DNA from: Escherichia phage vB_EcoP_FFK3
Sequence record: ON548433.1
Strand: one strand, 5' to 3'
Length of the DNA: 39,300 nucleotides
Shown: positions 17,627 to 28,082 of the stretch, one piece after another
How the letters are laid out: every line of letters begins with the position of its first letter
How positions within the stretch are numbered: the first letter of the stretch is position 1
Translations under genes and position numbers: made by a program
Notes under the pieces: generated by a model
The model's database searches: none
The model's input: only the letters and a program-made list of their open reading frames with translations
Told to the model about the DNA's origin: nothing

Positions 17627-17806
17627 ATGGTTACAGTTATTCTAGTTCTAACGCTGATCAGTGGTAGTGGGCAAACTATCAGCCAAGTACCTATAACAGC
17701 GCCAACATTACAGGACGCATTCACAATATGTGACCAGTCCGGCTCAAAGTGGGCCGATAAGTTTGGCGATGTCTCAAACGTTGCAGCAGGGTATGAGTGT
17801 ATTTAA
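17627..17806 (+). CDS. Hypothetical small protein with signal-peptide-like N-terminus
   Basis: 59-aa ORF; preceded by TAAGGAGTGACCAATG identical to the gene 4 initiation region; N-terminus MVTVILVLTLISGSG. Confidence 0.35.
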   Translation: MVTVILVLTLISGSGQTISQVPITAPTLQDAFTICDQSGSKWADKFGDVSNVAAGYECI

Positions 17807-17813
17807 GGAGTGA

Positions 17814-19517
<1,704 letters not shown>

Positions 19518-19550
19518 TTACGAGAAGTATAAATGGAGGGTTCCATTCTA

Positions 19551-19856
19551 ATGTTACGAAAACTTAAAGCTCGCTACCATCGGTTCATGTACAAATGGTG
19601 GAGTGACGAAGCAACCTGCCTGTCCAACATTCTGGGAGACCAAAGGTTCGAAGGCGTGGGGAGGGTAAAGCTCGATACCATCGGTTCATGTACAAATGGT
19701 GGAGCGACGAAGCAACCTGCCTGTCGAACATTCTGGGAGACCAAAGGTTCGACTCTGAGGCGTGGAAGAGAGCTAACAGGAAGTTTATGTATCACTTCTT
19801 GCGTACAGACTTCTAGGTCTAGACTCAAGGTCATTCATAGCGAGTGGCCTTTATGA
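19551..19856 (+). CDS. Hypothetical small protein, reading frame altered by an internal tandem duplication
   Basis: ATG 19551 with SD GGAGGG; frame runs through duplication copy 1 and then through the downstream stem-loop to 19856; a reconstructed single-copy gene would be 54 aa and stop at 19816. Confidence 0.4.
   Translation: MLRKLKARYHRFMYKWWSDEATCLSNILGDQRFEGVGRVKLDTIGSCTNGGATKQPACRTFWETKGSTLRRGRELTGSLCITSCVQTSRSRLKVIHSEWPL
19565..19765 (+). repeat. Tandem direct duplication (copies 19565-19659 and 19666-19765, offset 101 bp)
   Basis: Copies differ by 3 substitutions plus a 5-bp indel (CTCTG); offset not a multiple of 3. Confidence 0.85.
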
Positions 19857-19860
19857 TTAG
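19819..19860 (+). other. Conserved stem-loop element, putative RNase III site (R4.7-like)
   Basis: CTAGACTCAAGGTCATTC..GTGGCCTTTATGATTAG; stem AAGGTCAT (19827-19834) with GTGGCCTT (19844-19851). Confidence 0.55.
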
Positions 19861-19880
19861 ACTAAAGCGGAGGATTAACC

Positions 19881-22052
19881 ATGTTTGACCTTAAGAGTAT
19901 CTGGGGTTCTGACATCGAGACCAACGGTCTCCTTGATACAGTCTCCCAGTTTCACTGTGGGGTCCTGATTAACGCCGAGTCGAATGAGACCCTTAAGTAT
20001 GGGGTAGCTCCGATGGTCGGTATCGTCGGCGGCTTCAAAGAGTATGTTCATAAAGTGGAAGAGATTGCCGCATCACCTGATGGTATGCTGGTATTCCATA
20101 ACGGCATCAACTATGACGTCCCTGCTATAGACAAGCTGAAACGTATGTACTTTGGGAAACGATTTAACTTCCCGAAACATAAGATGATTGATACCTTGGT
20201 GCTGGGACGCTTGATGTATCCAAACATTAAGTTCTCAGACATGGGCGCAGTGAAAGCTGGTCGTCTGCCGCCTAAGATGATGGGACGACAGTCTCTTGAG
20301 GCTTGGGGCTATCGTCTCGGTGAGATGAAGGGTGAGTACAAACACGATTACGTTGCCAAGTGCAAGGCCGAAGGTATCGAATATAAGGCTGGGGACGAAT
20401 GGTTGTTCCCGTCTCAGGAGATGCTGGACTATAACGTTCAAGACGTTGTGGTCACGCTGGCGTTGTTCAAGAAGTTCCTGACTGACAAGTATTACTTCCA
20501 GTCTGAACAGTTCGCTTTCGACCAGATTTATGCGTTGCGTCTGGAACATGATGCTGCGTGGACCTGTGCGAAGATGGAACGTAACGGCTATCCGATGAAC
20601 ACCGAGATGGTCGAAGGCTTATATCGTGAACTCACCGTCAAGCGTGCAGAGCTGCTGGACAAGCTGCGTTCGACTTTCGGTAGCTGGTACGCACCAAAGG
20701 GCGGAAAGGAGTTCTTCAAGCACCCACGGACAGGCAAGGACCTTCCGAAGTATCCGCGAGTCGTGTATCCTAAGGTCGGGTCAGTATTCAAGAAGCCGAA
20801 GAACAAAGCTCAACGCTTAGGTCTGGAGCCTTGCGAGTTCGACTCACGAGACACGATGGAGGGAGCACCGTTCACACCTATCACTTACGTTGAGTTTAAT
20901 CCGGGAAGCGGGGACCACTTAGCGAAAGTTCTGATGGAGCGTGGCTGGGAGCCTGTGGACTTCACTGACACCGGGAAACCTGTAGTCGATGACGAGACGT
21001 TGGAACACGTTAAGTTGCCAGACGAAGAGGCTCAGGCTTGCGTAGAGCTGGTCCGTGAGTATCTGGTAGTCCAGAAGCGCATCGGTCAGGCTGCTGAAGG
21101 TAAGAACGCATGGTTGAAACTTGTAGGTCCAGACGGACGTATGCACGGTTCAATAAACCCATGCGGGGCAGTAACCGGACGTGCGACTCACAGTTCACCA
21201 AACATGGCTCAGGTCCCTGCTAACGGTGCTCCGTACGGTGAGACTTGCCGTGGTGCTTTCGGTGCAGCGTGGAACAAGAAGGACGGTAAGCCAGACCCTT
21301 GGATTCAAGTAGGCGTGGATGCTTCAGGTCTTGAGCTTCGTTGTCTGGGGAACCGAGCGGCTCCGTTTGATGGTGGCGCCTATGCGAAGACTGTGGTCGA
21401 AGGTGACATCCACTGGGCCAACGCAGTCAACGCTGGGTTAGCACCTAACGTCCCACGCAATAAGTCCAGCCACGACCATGATGCTTTCCGTAACAACGCT
21501 AAGACGTTCATCTATGCGTTCCTATATGGTGCAGGGGCCGCGAAGATTGGACTGATAGTTGGCGGTGGTAAGAAGGAAGGTGCTGCCCTGATGAAGAAAT
21601 TCATTGAGGGTACACCAGCTATTAAAGACCTCAGGGAAGCTGTGAGTAATACGTTAATCTCCGAATCCAAATGGGTAGATGGAGAGAACATCGTGAAGTG
21701 GAAACGTCGCTGGCTGAAAGGTCTGGATGGTCGCCGTATCCACATCCGGTCTCCACACTCAGCACTAAACGCATTACTTCAAGGCGATGGTGCGGTTGTC
21801 TGTAAGCACTGGATTGTAGAGACTGAACGTATGCTTGAAGAGGCAGGGTATGTTCACGGCTGGGAGGGGGACTTCGCGTACATGGCCTGGGTTCACGACG
21901 AATTGCAGATTGCGTGCCGTACTCAGGAGATTGCCGAAGAAGTCGTCAAGATTGCTCAACTTGCTATGCGTAAGGTGGGTGAGTTCTATAACTTTAAATG
22001 TGTCCTTGATACCGAAGGTAAGATTGGACCAACGTGGAAGGAGTGTCACTAA
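19881..22052 (+). CDS. gp5: DNA polymerase (T7 gp5 homolog, family A with 3-prime to 5-prime exonuclease domain)
   Basis: 723 aa; N-terminal exo motif DIETNGL; overall T7 gp5 architecture; RBS GGAGGA. Confidence 0.95.
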   Translation: MFDLKSIWGSDIETNGLLDTVSQFHCGVLINAESNETLKYGVAPMVGIVGGFKEYVHKVEEIAASPDGMLVFHNGINYDVPAIDKLKRMYFGKRFNFPKHKMIDTLVLGRLMYPNIKFSDMGAVKAGRLPPKMMGRQSLEAWGYRLGEMKGEYKHDYVAKCKAEGIEYKAGDEWLFPSQEMLDYNVQDVVVTLALFKKFLTDKYYFQSEQFAFDQIYALRLEHDAAWTCAKMERNGYPMNTEMVEGLYRELTVKRAELLDKLRSTFGSWYAPKGGKEFFKHPRTGKDLPKYPRVVYPKVGSVFKKPKNKAQRLGLEPCEFDSRDTMEGAPFTPITYVEFNPGSGDHLAKVLMERGWEPVDFTDTGKPVVDDETLEHVKLPDEEAQACVELVREYLVVQKRIGQAAEGKNAWLKLVGPDGRMHGSINPCGAVTGRATHSSPNMAQVPANGAPYGETCRGAFGAAWNKKDGKPDPWIQVGVDASGLELRCLGNRAAPFDGGAYAKTVVEGDIHWANAVNAGLAPNVPRNKSSHDHDAFRNNAKTFIYAFLYGAGAAKIGLIVGGGKKEGAALMKKFIEGTPAIKDLREAVSNTLISESKWVDGENIVKWKRRWLKGLDGRRIHIRSPHSALNALLQGDGAVVCKHWIVETERMLEEAGYVHGWEGDFAYMAWVHDELQIACRTQEIAEEVVKIAQLAMRKVGEFYNFKCVLDTEGKIGPTWKECH

Positions 22053-22210
22053 TGGCTAAAACTTATAGTGAGCAGGAGGTCAAAGACCTGATGCGGTCAG
22101 CTTGGTGGTGTGGACACGAGGAGTCTCGTTATAGTCCAAACCTCAGTGGTTCATGCAGTCAAGACATTCATGAAATCCTGAAAGAACATAACGAAGAAGG
22201 AGAAGGCTAA
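22052..22210 (+). CDS. Hypothetical small protein
   Basis: 52-aa ORF; start overlaps pol stop (TAATG) and stop overlaps next start. Confidence 0.4.
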   Translation: MAKTYSEQEVKDLMRSAWWCGHEESRYSPNLSGSCSQDIHEILKEHNEEGEG

Positions 22211-22500
22211 TGGCTATTACTAAACGTATGCGAGTTTCATTCTCGCTTGGCGCTGTACTGTCTACTGAAGAAGTTGAGCACTTCAAGAAGTCTCTCTGTG
22301 AGTTGAGCCGTAAGGTTCTCAATGGTGAGAAGACCACTGGCTTCGAGCGTAAGATGGTCGAGGTCGGCGTTACAGATGGTCTGGAAGCTGTGGTAGAGCT
22401 TGTCTTTAAGAAGGGTATTGTTGATGGTCTGAAAGAAGACCTGAGTCATTATGCTGACAAGCCCAGCTTCGGAGACTTCCGAGTGGAGTTCAAGCAATGA
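22210..22500 (+). CDS. gp5.5-like protein
   Basis: 96 aa; position and size as T7 gp5.5; start overlaps preceding stop. Confidence 0.5.
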   Translation: MAITKRMRVSFSLGAVLSTEEVEHFKKSLCELSRKVLNGEKTTGFERKMVEVGVTDGLEAVVELVFKKGIVDGLKEDLSHYADKPSFGDFRVEFKQ

Positions 22501-22706
22501 GTGAATACTTACGGGTCCTAGCGGCCCTTAAGTCCTGCCCGAAGACCTTCCAGTCCAACTATGTGCGCAACAACGCTGCACTTGTGGCTGAGGCTGCGAG
22601 TCGTGGACATCTAAGCTGCCTGTCTATGGATGGGCGTAACAACGGTGCGTGGGAGATTACCGCTGAAGGCACCAAGTTCCTGAACCAACACGGAGGCTGT
22701 CTATGA
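22497..22706 (+). CDS. gp5.7-like protein
   Basis: 69 aa; position and size as T7 gp5.7; motif KSCPKTFQSNYVRNNAALVAEAASRGH. Confidence 0.55.
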   Translation: MSEYLRVLAALKSCPKTFQSNYVRNNAALVAEAASRGHLSCLSMDGRNNGAWEITAEGTKFLNQHGGCL

Positions 22707-23152
22707 AGATACCTGAAAGTCTGAAAGAGCTGGTCCTTGAAATGGGTGAGTGCGAGATGACGCACCGTAAGTATGCTGAGTTCTACGCATCTTGGTCTTA
22801 CACCCTGACCGAGAAGGACGTTGAGTCCTACACCGAGTCTCCTTCTGAGGCTTATGAGTGGAGTCCGTTCATCGGACTGACCATCGTAGCTAGCGGTATG
22901 TGGGATGACAGCTACGGCTCAGAGGTAAACGACTGGGACGTGTACCGCCAAGTTGAGAAGGAGACCGAAATGTCTTCCAACTTCTGGAGCCTGATGTCCC
23001 ACCTCAACTCAGATGACAACGACATGGCCCATGAGTTCGCCAACAAATGGCTGAAGCCTGAGGTGACTCTGGAACGTATTGAGGAGCCTAAAGTTCCCTT
23101 GATGCCATATGCAGTCGCTATGGCTACAGGAGGTCTGGACGATGGGTGCTGA
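22703..23152 (+). CDS. Hypothetical highly acidic protein at the gp5.9 position
   Basis: 149 aa; 30 Asp+Glu versus 11 Lys+Arg; lies immediately upstream of the exonuclease gene. Confidence 0.55.
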   Translation: MKIPESLKELVLEMGECEMTHRKYAEFYASWSYTLTEKDVESYTESPSEAYEWSPFIGLTIVASGMWDDSYGSEVNDWDVYRQVEKETEMSSNFWSLMSHLNSDDNDMAHEFANKWLKPEVTLERIEEPKVPLMPYAVAMATGGLDDGC

Positions 23153-24011
23153 GAAGAAGATAGCTCTTGTTCTTGATGGCGATTACCTAGTATTCTCTTC
23201 TATGGCTGCTGCCGAGGACGAGACAGACTGGGGTGATGACATCTGGACCCTTATCTGCGACCACGAGAAGGCTCGCCGTATCCTTGAGAACACCATCGCT
23301 GAAATCGTTAAGAAGCGCAAGGCGTGGAAAGACGCTAAGATTGTGATGTGCTTTACTGATGATAACAACTGGCGTAAGGACGTTTTGCCTACCTATAAGG
23401 CTAACCGTAAGGGTTCTCGCAAGCCTGTAGGTTACAAGAAGTTCGTAGCCGAAGTGATGGCTGACCCACGGTTCAACAGCTTCCTGCGTCCAACGCTTGA
23501 GGGTGATGATTGTATGGGTATCATCGGGACCAGACCTCAGATTGTCGGATGCGACCATGCGGTGCTGGTGTCCTGCGATAAGGACTTCAAGACCATCCCG
23601 AACTGTGAGTTCTTCTGGTTAACCACTGGTGAAATCCTGAGTCATACGACTTCCGAGGCAGACTACTGGCACATGGAGCAGACCATCAAGGGTGACACTA
23701 CAGATGGCTACGGCGGTATTCCGGGGATGGGTGAGGACACCACTCGTGCATTCCTTGACGAACCGTATTACTTCGTGCAGGAGAGCCGCGAGCTTAAGAC
23801 TGGCAAGAACAAAGGCCAGATTAAGACTGAGTGGAAGAAGTATCCGAAGCGTGAAGACATGACGCTGTGGGACTGCATGGTTACACTGGCTGCTAAGGCT
23901 GGCATGACCGAGGAGGAACTTCTGGTCCAAGCTCAGGTCGCTCGTATTTGTCGAGCATCTGACTATGACCCTAAGTCCAAGGAGGTCATCCTATGGACAC
24001 CATCCATGTAA
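23142..24011 (+). CDS. gp6: 5-prime to 3-prime exonuclease (T7 gp6 homolog)
   Basis: Start at ATG 23142 with RBS AGGAGG; FEN-family features (LVLDGDYL); T7 gp6 is 300 aa. Confidence 0.9.
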   Translation: MGAEKKIALVLDGDYLVFSSMAAAEDETDWGDDIWTLICDHEKARRILENTIAEIVKKRKAWKDAKIVMCFTDDNNWRKDVLPTYKANRKGSRKPVGYKKFVAEVMADPRFNSFLRPTLEGDDCMGIIGTRPQIVGCDHAVLVSCDKDFKTIPNCEFFWLTTGEILSHTTSEADYWHMEQTIKGDTTDGYGGIPGMGEDTTRAFLDEPYYFVQESRELKTGKNKGQIKTEWKKYPKREDMTLWDCMVTLAAKAGMTEEELLVQAQVARICRASDYDPKSKEVILWTPSM

Positions 24012-24137
24012 TTTACTGGGTCGGACTTCTTGCCCTTTACTGCATGTACAAGGGGTTCGGGTCGAACAACCGCCCTAAACACTGAGTCTAGCCGATAGTC
24101 ATATCCTATCAATCCAACAGTCATCCATAGGTGAAAC

Positions 24138-24160
24138 ACTAAACTATCACTATAGGGACT
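24138..24160 (+). promoter_or_regulatory. Phage RNAP promoter (phi6.5-like, class III-like)
   Basis: ACTAAACTATCACTATAGGGACT; +1 G at 24155. Confidence 0.8.
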
Positions 24161-24221
24161 TTAGGACCTAAGATATGACTATAAGATAGACTTTAGTCTT
24201 AACTTAAAGAGGAGATTCAAG

Positions 24222-24494
24222 ATGGCTCTTAATGCTATTGAAAACGTTGTTAAGCAGTTACAGGAAGAAAGACTTGATGTCCCTAACATCTCCCAGTCTG
24301 CCATCCAGTTCCTGCACGTATTGTTCAACGCAAGCTATGCTGAGAAGATGGGAGCTATCAGTCTCCTCAAGCAGCAAGGCTACAGCGATGCGTTCATTGC
24401 CGGGTTCATCAAGGGTCTCCAGTATTGTTCTGACACTCTCGACTCTGCGATTGCTATGCGTCGTGAGCTGAAAGATACCGTTCAGTTTGATTAA
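24222..24494 (+). CDS. gp6.5-like protein
   Basis: 90-aa ORF after phi6.5-like promoter; RBS GAGGAG. Confidence 0.5.
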   Translation: MALNAIENVVKQLQEERLDVPNISQSAIQFLHVLFNASYAEKMGAISLLKQQGYSDAFIAGFIKGLQYCSDTLDSAIAMRRELKDTVQFD

Positions 24495-24508
24495 CTGTAG
24501 GAGGGACT

Positions 24509-24733
24509 ATGTGTTTCAGTCCAAAGATTAGCACTCCGAAGCCTTCGGTCCAAGCACCTGAACCAGCACCTCTGAGTGAGGAAGTTGCGTCAGTTGACAT
24601 CGGGGCTGAATCGGATGTTGACACCAACGAGACCAAAGGTATCAAAGACCTGAAGGTCAAGAAGGAGTCTGCACCTAAAGATAAATCGTCAGTTAGCCGC
24701 GCTATGCGAGCCTCTGGCGTCAACATGGGGTAA
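24509..24733 (+). CDS. gp6.7: gp6.7-like virion protein
   Basis: 74 aa; N-terminus MCFSPKI as recalled for T7 gp6.7; RBS GGAGGG. Confidence 0.65.
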   Translation: MCFSPKISTPKPSVQAPEPAPLSEEVASVDIGAESDVDTNETKGIKDLKVKKESAPKDKSSVSRAMRASGVNMG

Positions 24734-24737
24734 GACA

Positions 24738-25142
24738 ATGCTACCATATCTCAACTCACGCGAAGGTCGCCACATGTGCGCTTGTCGCCTCTGGGAAGAC
24801 GGGCAGTCTAACTTCAAGTCATTCGAGGACTTCAAGGCTCATACTTACCGTATGGCTGACGAGTTCGATGGTGAAGAGTACACAATCTACGATGTCTCAG
24901 GTCAACCAGTAGCGTATCTCTACATGCTGGCTACCGCATCTTGGCACCGACCGACTCCCGGTCTTGACCTTTCAATCGTCGCTATTCGTCGTGACTCGCA
25001 GTCCTCCCGTAAGGTTCTTGAGACTGTCAGGCACATCATAGACGAAGAGTGCAAGCGTTGGGGTCTTGGCTGGTATTCTCGTGTCAAGCATGTTTCCGGG
25101 TCGGTAGACATCGTAACAACTAAGGAGATTAATCATGGGTAA
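24738..25142 (+). CDS. gp7-like protein (positional)
   Basis: 134-aa ORF in the position of T7 gene 7. Confidence 0.5.
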   Translation: MLPYLNSREGRHMCACRLWEDGQSNFKSFEDFKAHTYRMADEFDGEEYTIYDVSGQPVAYLYMLATASWHRPTPGLDLSIVAIRRDSQSSRKVLETVRHIIDEECKRWGLGWYSRVKHVSGSVDIVTTKEINHG

Positions 25143-25383
25143 ATCAATCAGTAAGGCATTCAAGAAAGTGGTGAAAAGTACGCTAGGGACCGTTGGTCTT
25201 GGCTCTGATGACGCACCTAAGGTTGTTGAGGCTCAGACCCCAGCAGCACCAGTGGAAGTACCGAACGACAAAGTGGAGGATGTGGATACTGAAACAACCG
25301 CATCTGACGAGAAGAAAGTGAAGCGTTCCGGTAAGCGTAGCCTTCAGGTCTCTCGTACCTCTGGTGGCGGTATTTCTATTTAA
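25135..25383 (+). CDS. gp7.3: gp7.3-like tail-associated protein
   Basis: 82 aa; Lys-rich N-terminus MGKSISKAFKK and C-terminal SGGGISI as recalled for T7 gp7.3. Confidence 0.65.
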   Translation: MGKSISKAFKKVVKSTLGTVGLGSDDAPKVVEAQTPAAPVEVPNDKVEDVDTETTASDEKKVKRSGKRSLQVSRTSGGGISI

Positions 25384-25394
25384 GGAGGTGACGA

Positions 25395-26963
25395 ATGGCT
25401 GAACGTGAAGGGTTCGCTGCTGAAGGAGCCAAAGCGGTCTATGACCGACTGAAGAACGGTAGACAGCCATATGAGACACGCGCTCAGAACTGTGCTGCTG
25501 TCACTATCCCGTCACTGTTTCCTAAGGAGTCCGACAACTCGTCTACTGAGTACACAACTCCGTGGCAAGCTGTAGGTGCTCGCTGTTTGAACAACTTGGC
25601 TGCAAAGCTGATGCTGGCATTATTCCCTCAGTCACCGTGGATGCGACTTACAGTCTCCGAATATGAGGCCAAGACCTTGAGTCAGGACTCAGAGGCTGCT
25701 GCTCGTGTTGACGAAGGGCTTGCTATGGTCGAGCGTGTGTTGATGGCCTACATGGAGACTAACAGTTTCCGTGTGCCATTGTTCGAAGCTCTGAAGCAGC
25801 TTATCGTCTCCGGTAACTGTCTGCTTTACATTCCAGAGCCTGAACAGGGTACTTACAGTCCTATGCGAATGTACCGCTTAGTGTCCTACGTTGTTCAACG
25901 TGATGCTTTCGGTAATATCTTGCAGATTGTGACTCTCGACAAGGTAGCGTTTAGTGCTCTACCGGAAGACGTTAAGTCACAACTCAACGCAGACGACTAT
26001 GAGCCTGACACAGAGCTGGAAGTATATACGCACATCTACCGTCAAGACGACGAGTATCTACGTTATGAGGAAGTGGAAGGCATTGAGGTGGCAGGGACCG
26101 AGGGTTCCTACCCACTGACTGCATGTCCATACATCCCGGTACGAATGGTTCGACTGGATGGTGAAGACTATGGTCGTTCTTACTGCGAGGAGTATCTGGG
26201 AGACCTGAACTCGCTGGAGACGATTACAGAAGCTATCACCAAAATGGCTAAGGTAGCCTCCAAGGTGGTGGGCCTCGTTAACCCGAACGGTATCACGCAA
26301 CCTCGTCGTCTGAACAAGGCGGCTACAGGTGAGTTCGTTGCCGGTCGCGTTGAGGACATCAACTTCCTGCAACTGACTAAGGGTCAGGACTTTACGATTG
26401 CCAAGTCGGTGGCTGATGCTATCGAGCAACGTTTAGGCTGGGCCTTCCTTCTTAATAGTGCTGTTCAGCGTAATGCCGAGCGAGTCACTGCTGAAGAGAT
26501 TCGTTATGTTGCTGGCGAACTGGAGGCGACCTTAGGTGGCGTGTACTCAGTACAATCCCAAGAGCTTCAGTTACCTATCGTCCGTGTGCTGATGAACCAA
26601 CTTCAGTCTGCTGGCATGATTCCTGACCTTCCGAAAGAAGCGGTAGAGCCTACTGTCTCCACTGGTCTGGAAGCGTTAGGTCGTGGTCAGGACTTGGAGA
26701 AGCTAACTCAGGCGGTTAACATGATGACTGGTCTTCAGCCGCTATCTCAGGACCCGGACATCAACTTGCCGACCCTTAAGCTACGACTCCTGAACGCTCT
26801 GGGCATCGACACCGCTGGCCTACTCCTGACGCAAGACGAGAAGATTCAGCGCATGGCTGAGCAGTCGTCTCAACAGGCAGTTGTCCAAGGTGCTAGTGCT
26901 GCTGGTGCTAACATGGGTGCTGCTGTAGGTCAGGGAGCTGGTGAGGACATGGCTCAAGCCTAA
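25395..26963 (+). CDS. gp8: Portal (head-tail connector) protein (T7 gp8 homolog)
   Basis: 522 aa; position between 7.3 and scaffold; RBS AAGGAGG. Confidence 0.9.
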   Translation: MAEREGFAAEGAKAVYDRLKNGRQPYETRAQNCAAVTIPSLFPKESDNSSTEYTTPWQAVGARCLNNLAAKLMLALFPQSPWMRLTVSEYEAKTLSQDSEAAARVDEGLAMVERVLMAYMETNSFRVPLFEALKQLIVSGNCLLYIPEPEQGTYSPMRMYRLVSYVVQRDAFGNILQIVTLDKVAFSALPEDVKSQLNADDYEPDTELEVYTHIYRQDDEYLRYEEVEGIEVAGTEGSYPLTACPYIPVRMVRLDGEDYGRSYCEEYLGDLNSLETITEAITKMAKVASKVVGLVNPNGITQPRRLNKAATGEFVAGRVEDINFLQLTKGQDFTIAKSVADAIEQRLGWAFLLNSAVQRNAERVTAEEIRYVAGELEATLGGVYSVQSQELQLPIVRVLMNQLQSAGMIPDLPKEAVEPTVSTGLEALGRGQDLEKLTQAVNMMTGLQPLSQDPDINLPTLKLRLLNALGIDTAGLLLTQDEKIQRMAEQSSQQAVVQGASAAGANMGAAVGQGAGEDMAQA

Positions 26964-26981
26964 ACTATCACTATAGGAACA
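26959..26981 (+). promoter_or_regulatory. Phage RNAP promoter (phi9-like)
   Basis: CCTAAACTATCACTATAGGAACA; +1 G at 26976; overlaps portal stop. Confidence 0.8.
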
Positions 26982-27071
26982 ACACAACTTGAGTGAGTGA
27001 ACGCATAGCCAGCCGTAACGGGAGGGCAGGTTGTTGTGTTTCCTATTAACGACTTAAAGGAGAATGACTTA

Positions 27072-27956
27072 ATGTCTCAATCAGTTTATGCCGAGTTCGG
27101 CGTTAGCTCTAATGCAATCACTGGTTCCGTTGAGGACCTGAACGAACACCAGAAGTCTATGCTTGAACAGGACGTAGCTGTTCGTGATGGCGATGACGCT
27201 ATTACCTTCAAGCAACTGGAAGCCGAAAACGAAGAGGCGACCGAAGAAGACGAGAACGTCGAAGAGACTGGGGGTGATGAAGACAACGAGTCCGATGACG
27301 AAGAGTCGGAGGACGATGGTGAGCAGCCTGAGTTCATCGAACTGGGTGATGCACCGAAAGATCTGACCGAAAGTGTCACCGCTCTGGATGAAAACGAAGC
27401 TGCATTTGACGACATGGTGTCTTCTGCTGTAGAAGCTGGCAAGGTCACTGCTGATGAAATTACCGCTATCAAGGCTGAATACGCCAAGGACGGTAAGCTG
27501 TCTGACGCATCCTACGCTAAGTTGCAGGAAGCAGGTTACACCAAGCGCTTCGTAGATTCGTTTGTCCGTGGTCAGGAAGCTCTGGCTGAACAGTATGCCG
27601 CTGGTGTGGTTCGCTACGCTGGTGGTGCTGAACAGTTTAATCGCATCCTGTCACACCTTGAGGCCAACGACCCGTCAACTCGTGAAGCACTGGAAGCTGC
27701 TATCGTTCGTAAGGACATTGCGACTACCAAAGCTCTGCTGAATCTGGCTGGCAAGACTCTGGGTAAAGCTGTGGGTGTTAAACCTCAGCGTACCATCACC
27801 ACTCAGGCTAAACCTGTGGTCGCACCTAAGGCTCCTCAGACCGAAGCATTCAGCTCCAAGGCTGACATGATTAAGGCTATGAGTGACCCGCGATACCTGC
27901 GTGACGCTAAGTACACGATGGAAGTTCGCGCTAAGGTAGCCGCCTCAAGCCTGTAG
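27072..27956 (+). CDS. gp9: Capsid assembly scaffolding protein (T7 gp9 homolog)
   Basis: Start at ATG 27072 (RBS AAGGAG); acidic; blocks VYAEFGV, RDGDDAI, YTKRFVDSFVRGQEAL, KAMSDPRY match T7 gp9. Confidence 0.85.
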   Translation: MSQSVYAEFGVSSNAITGSVEDLNEHQKSMLEQDVAVRDGDDAITFKQLEAENEEATEEDENVEETGGDEDNESDDEESEDDGEQPEFIELGDAPKDLTESVTALDENEAAFDDMVSSAVEAGKVTADEITAIKAEYAKDGKLSDASYAKLQEAGYTKRFVDSFVRGQEALAEQYAAGVVRYAGGAEQFNRILSHLEANDPSTREALEAAIVRKDIATTKALLNLAGKTLGKAVGVKPQRTITTQAKPVVAPKAPQTEAFSSKADMIKAMSDPRYLRDAKYTMEVRAKVAASSL

Positions 27957-27957
27957 G

Positions 27958-27980
27958 ACTAAACTATCACTATAGGGAGA
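27958..27980 (+). promoter_or_regulatory. Phage RNAP promoter (phi10-like, strongest class III form)
   Basis: ACTAAACTATCACTATAGGGAGA; initiation region GGGAGA identical to T7 consensus; +1 G at 27975. Confidence 0.85.
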
Positions 27981-28082
27981 CCAAGAGATAGACTCAAGGT
28001 TTCCCTATTACTTCAGTCCATACGGATTGGGCATACAGTAAGTAATACACTTTATCTTTCAATTGAATAGGAGAATTATCAT

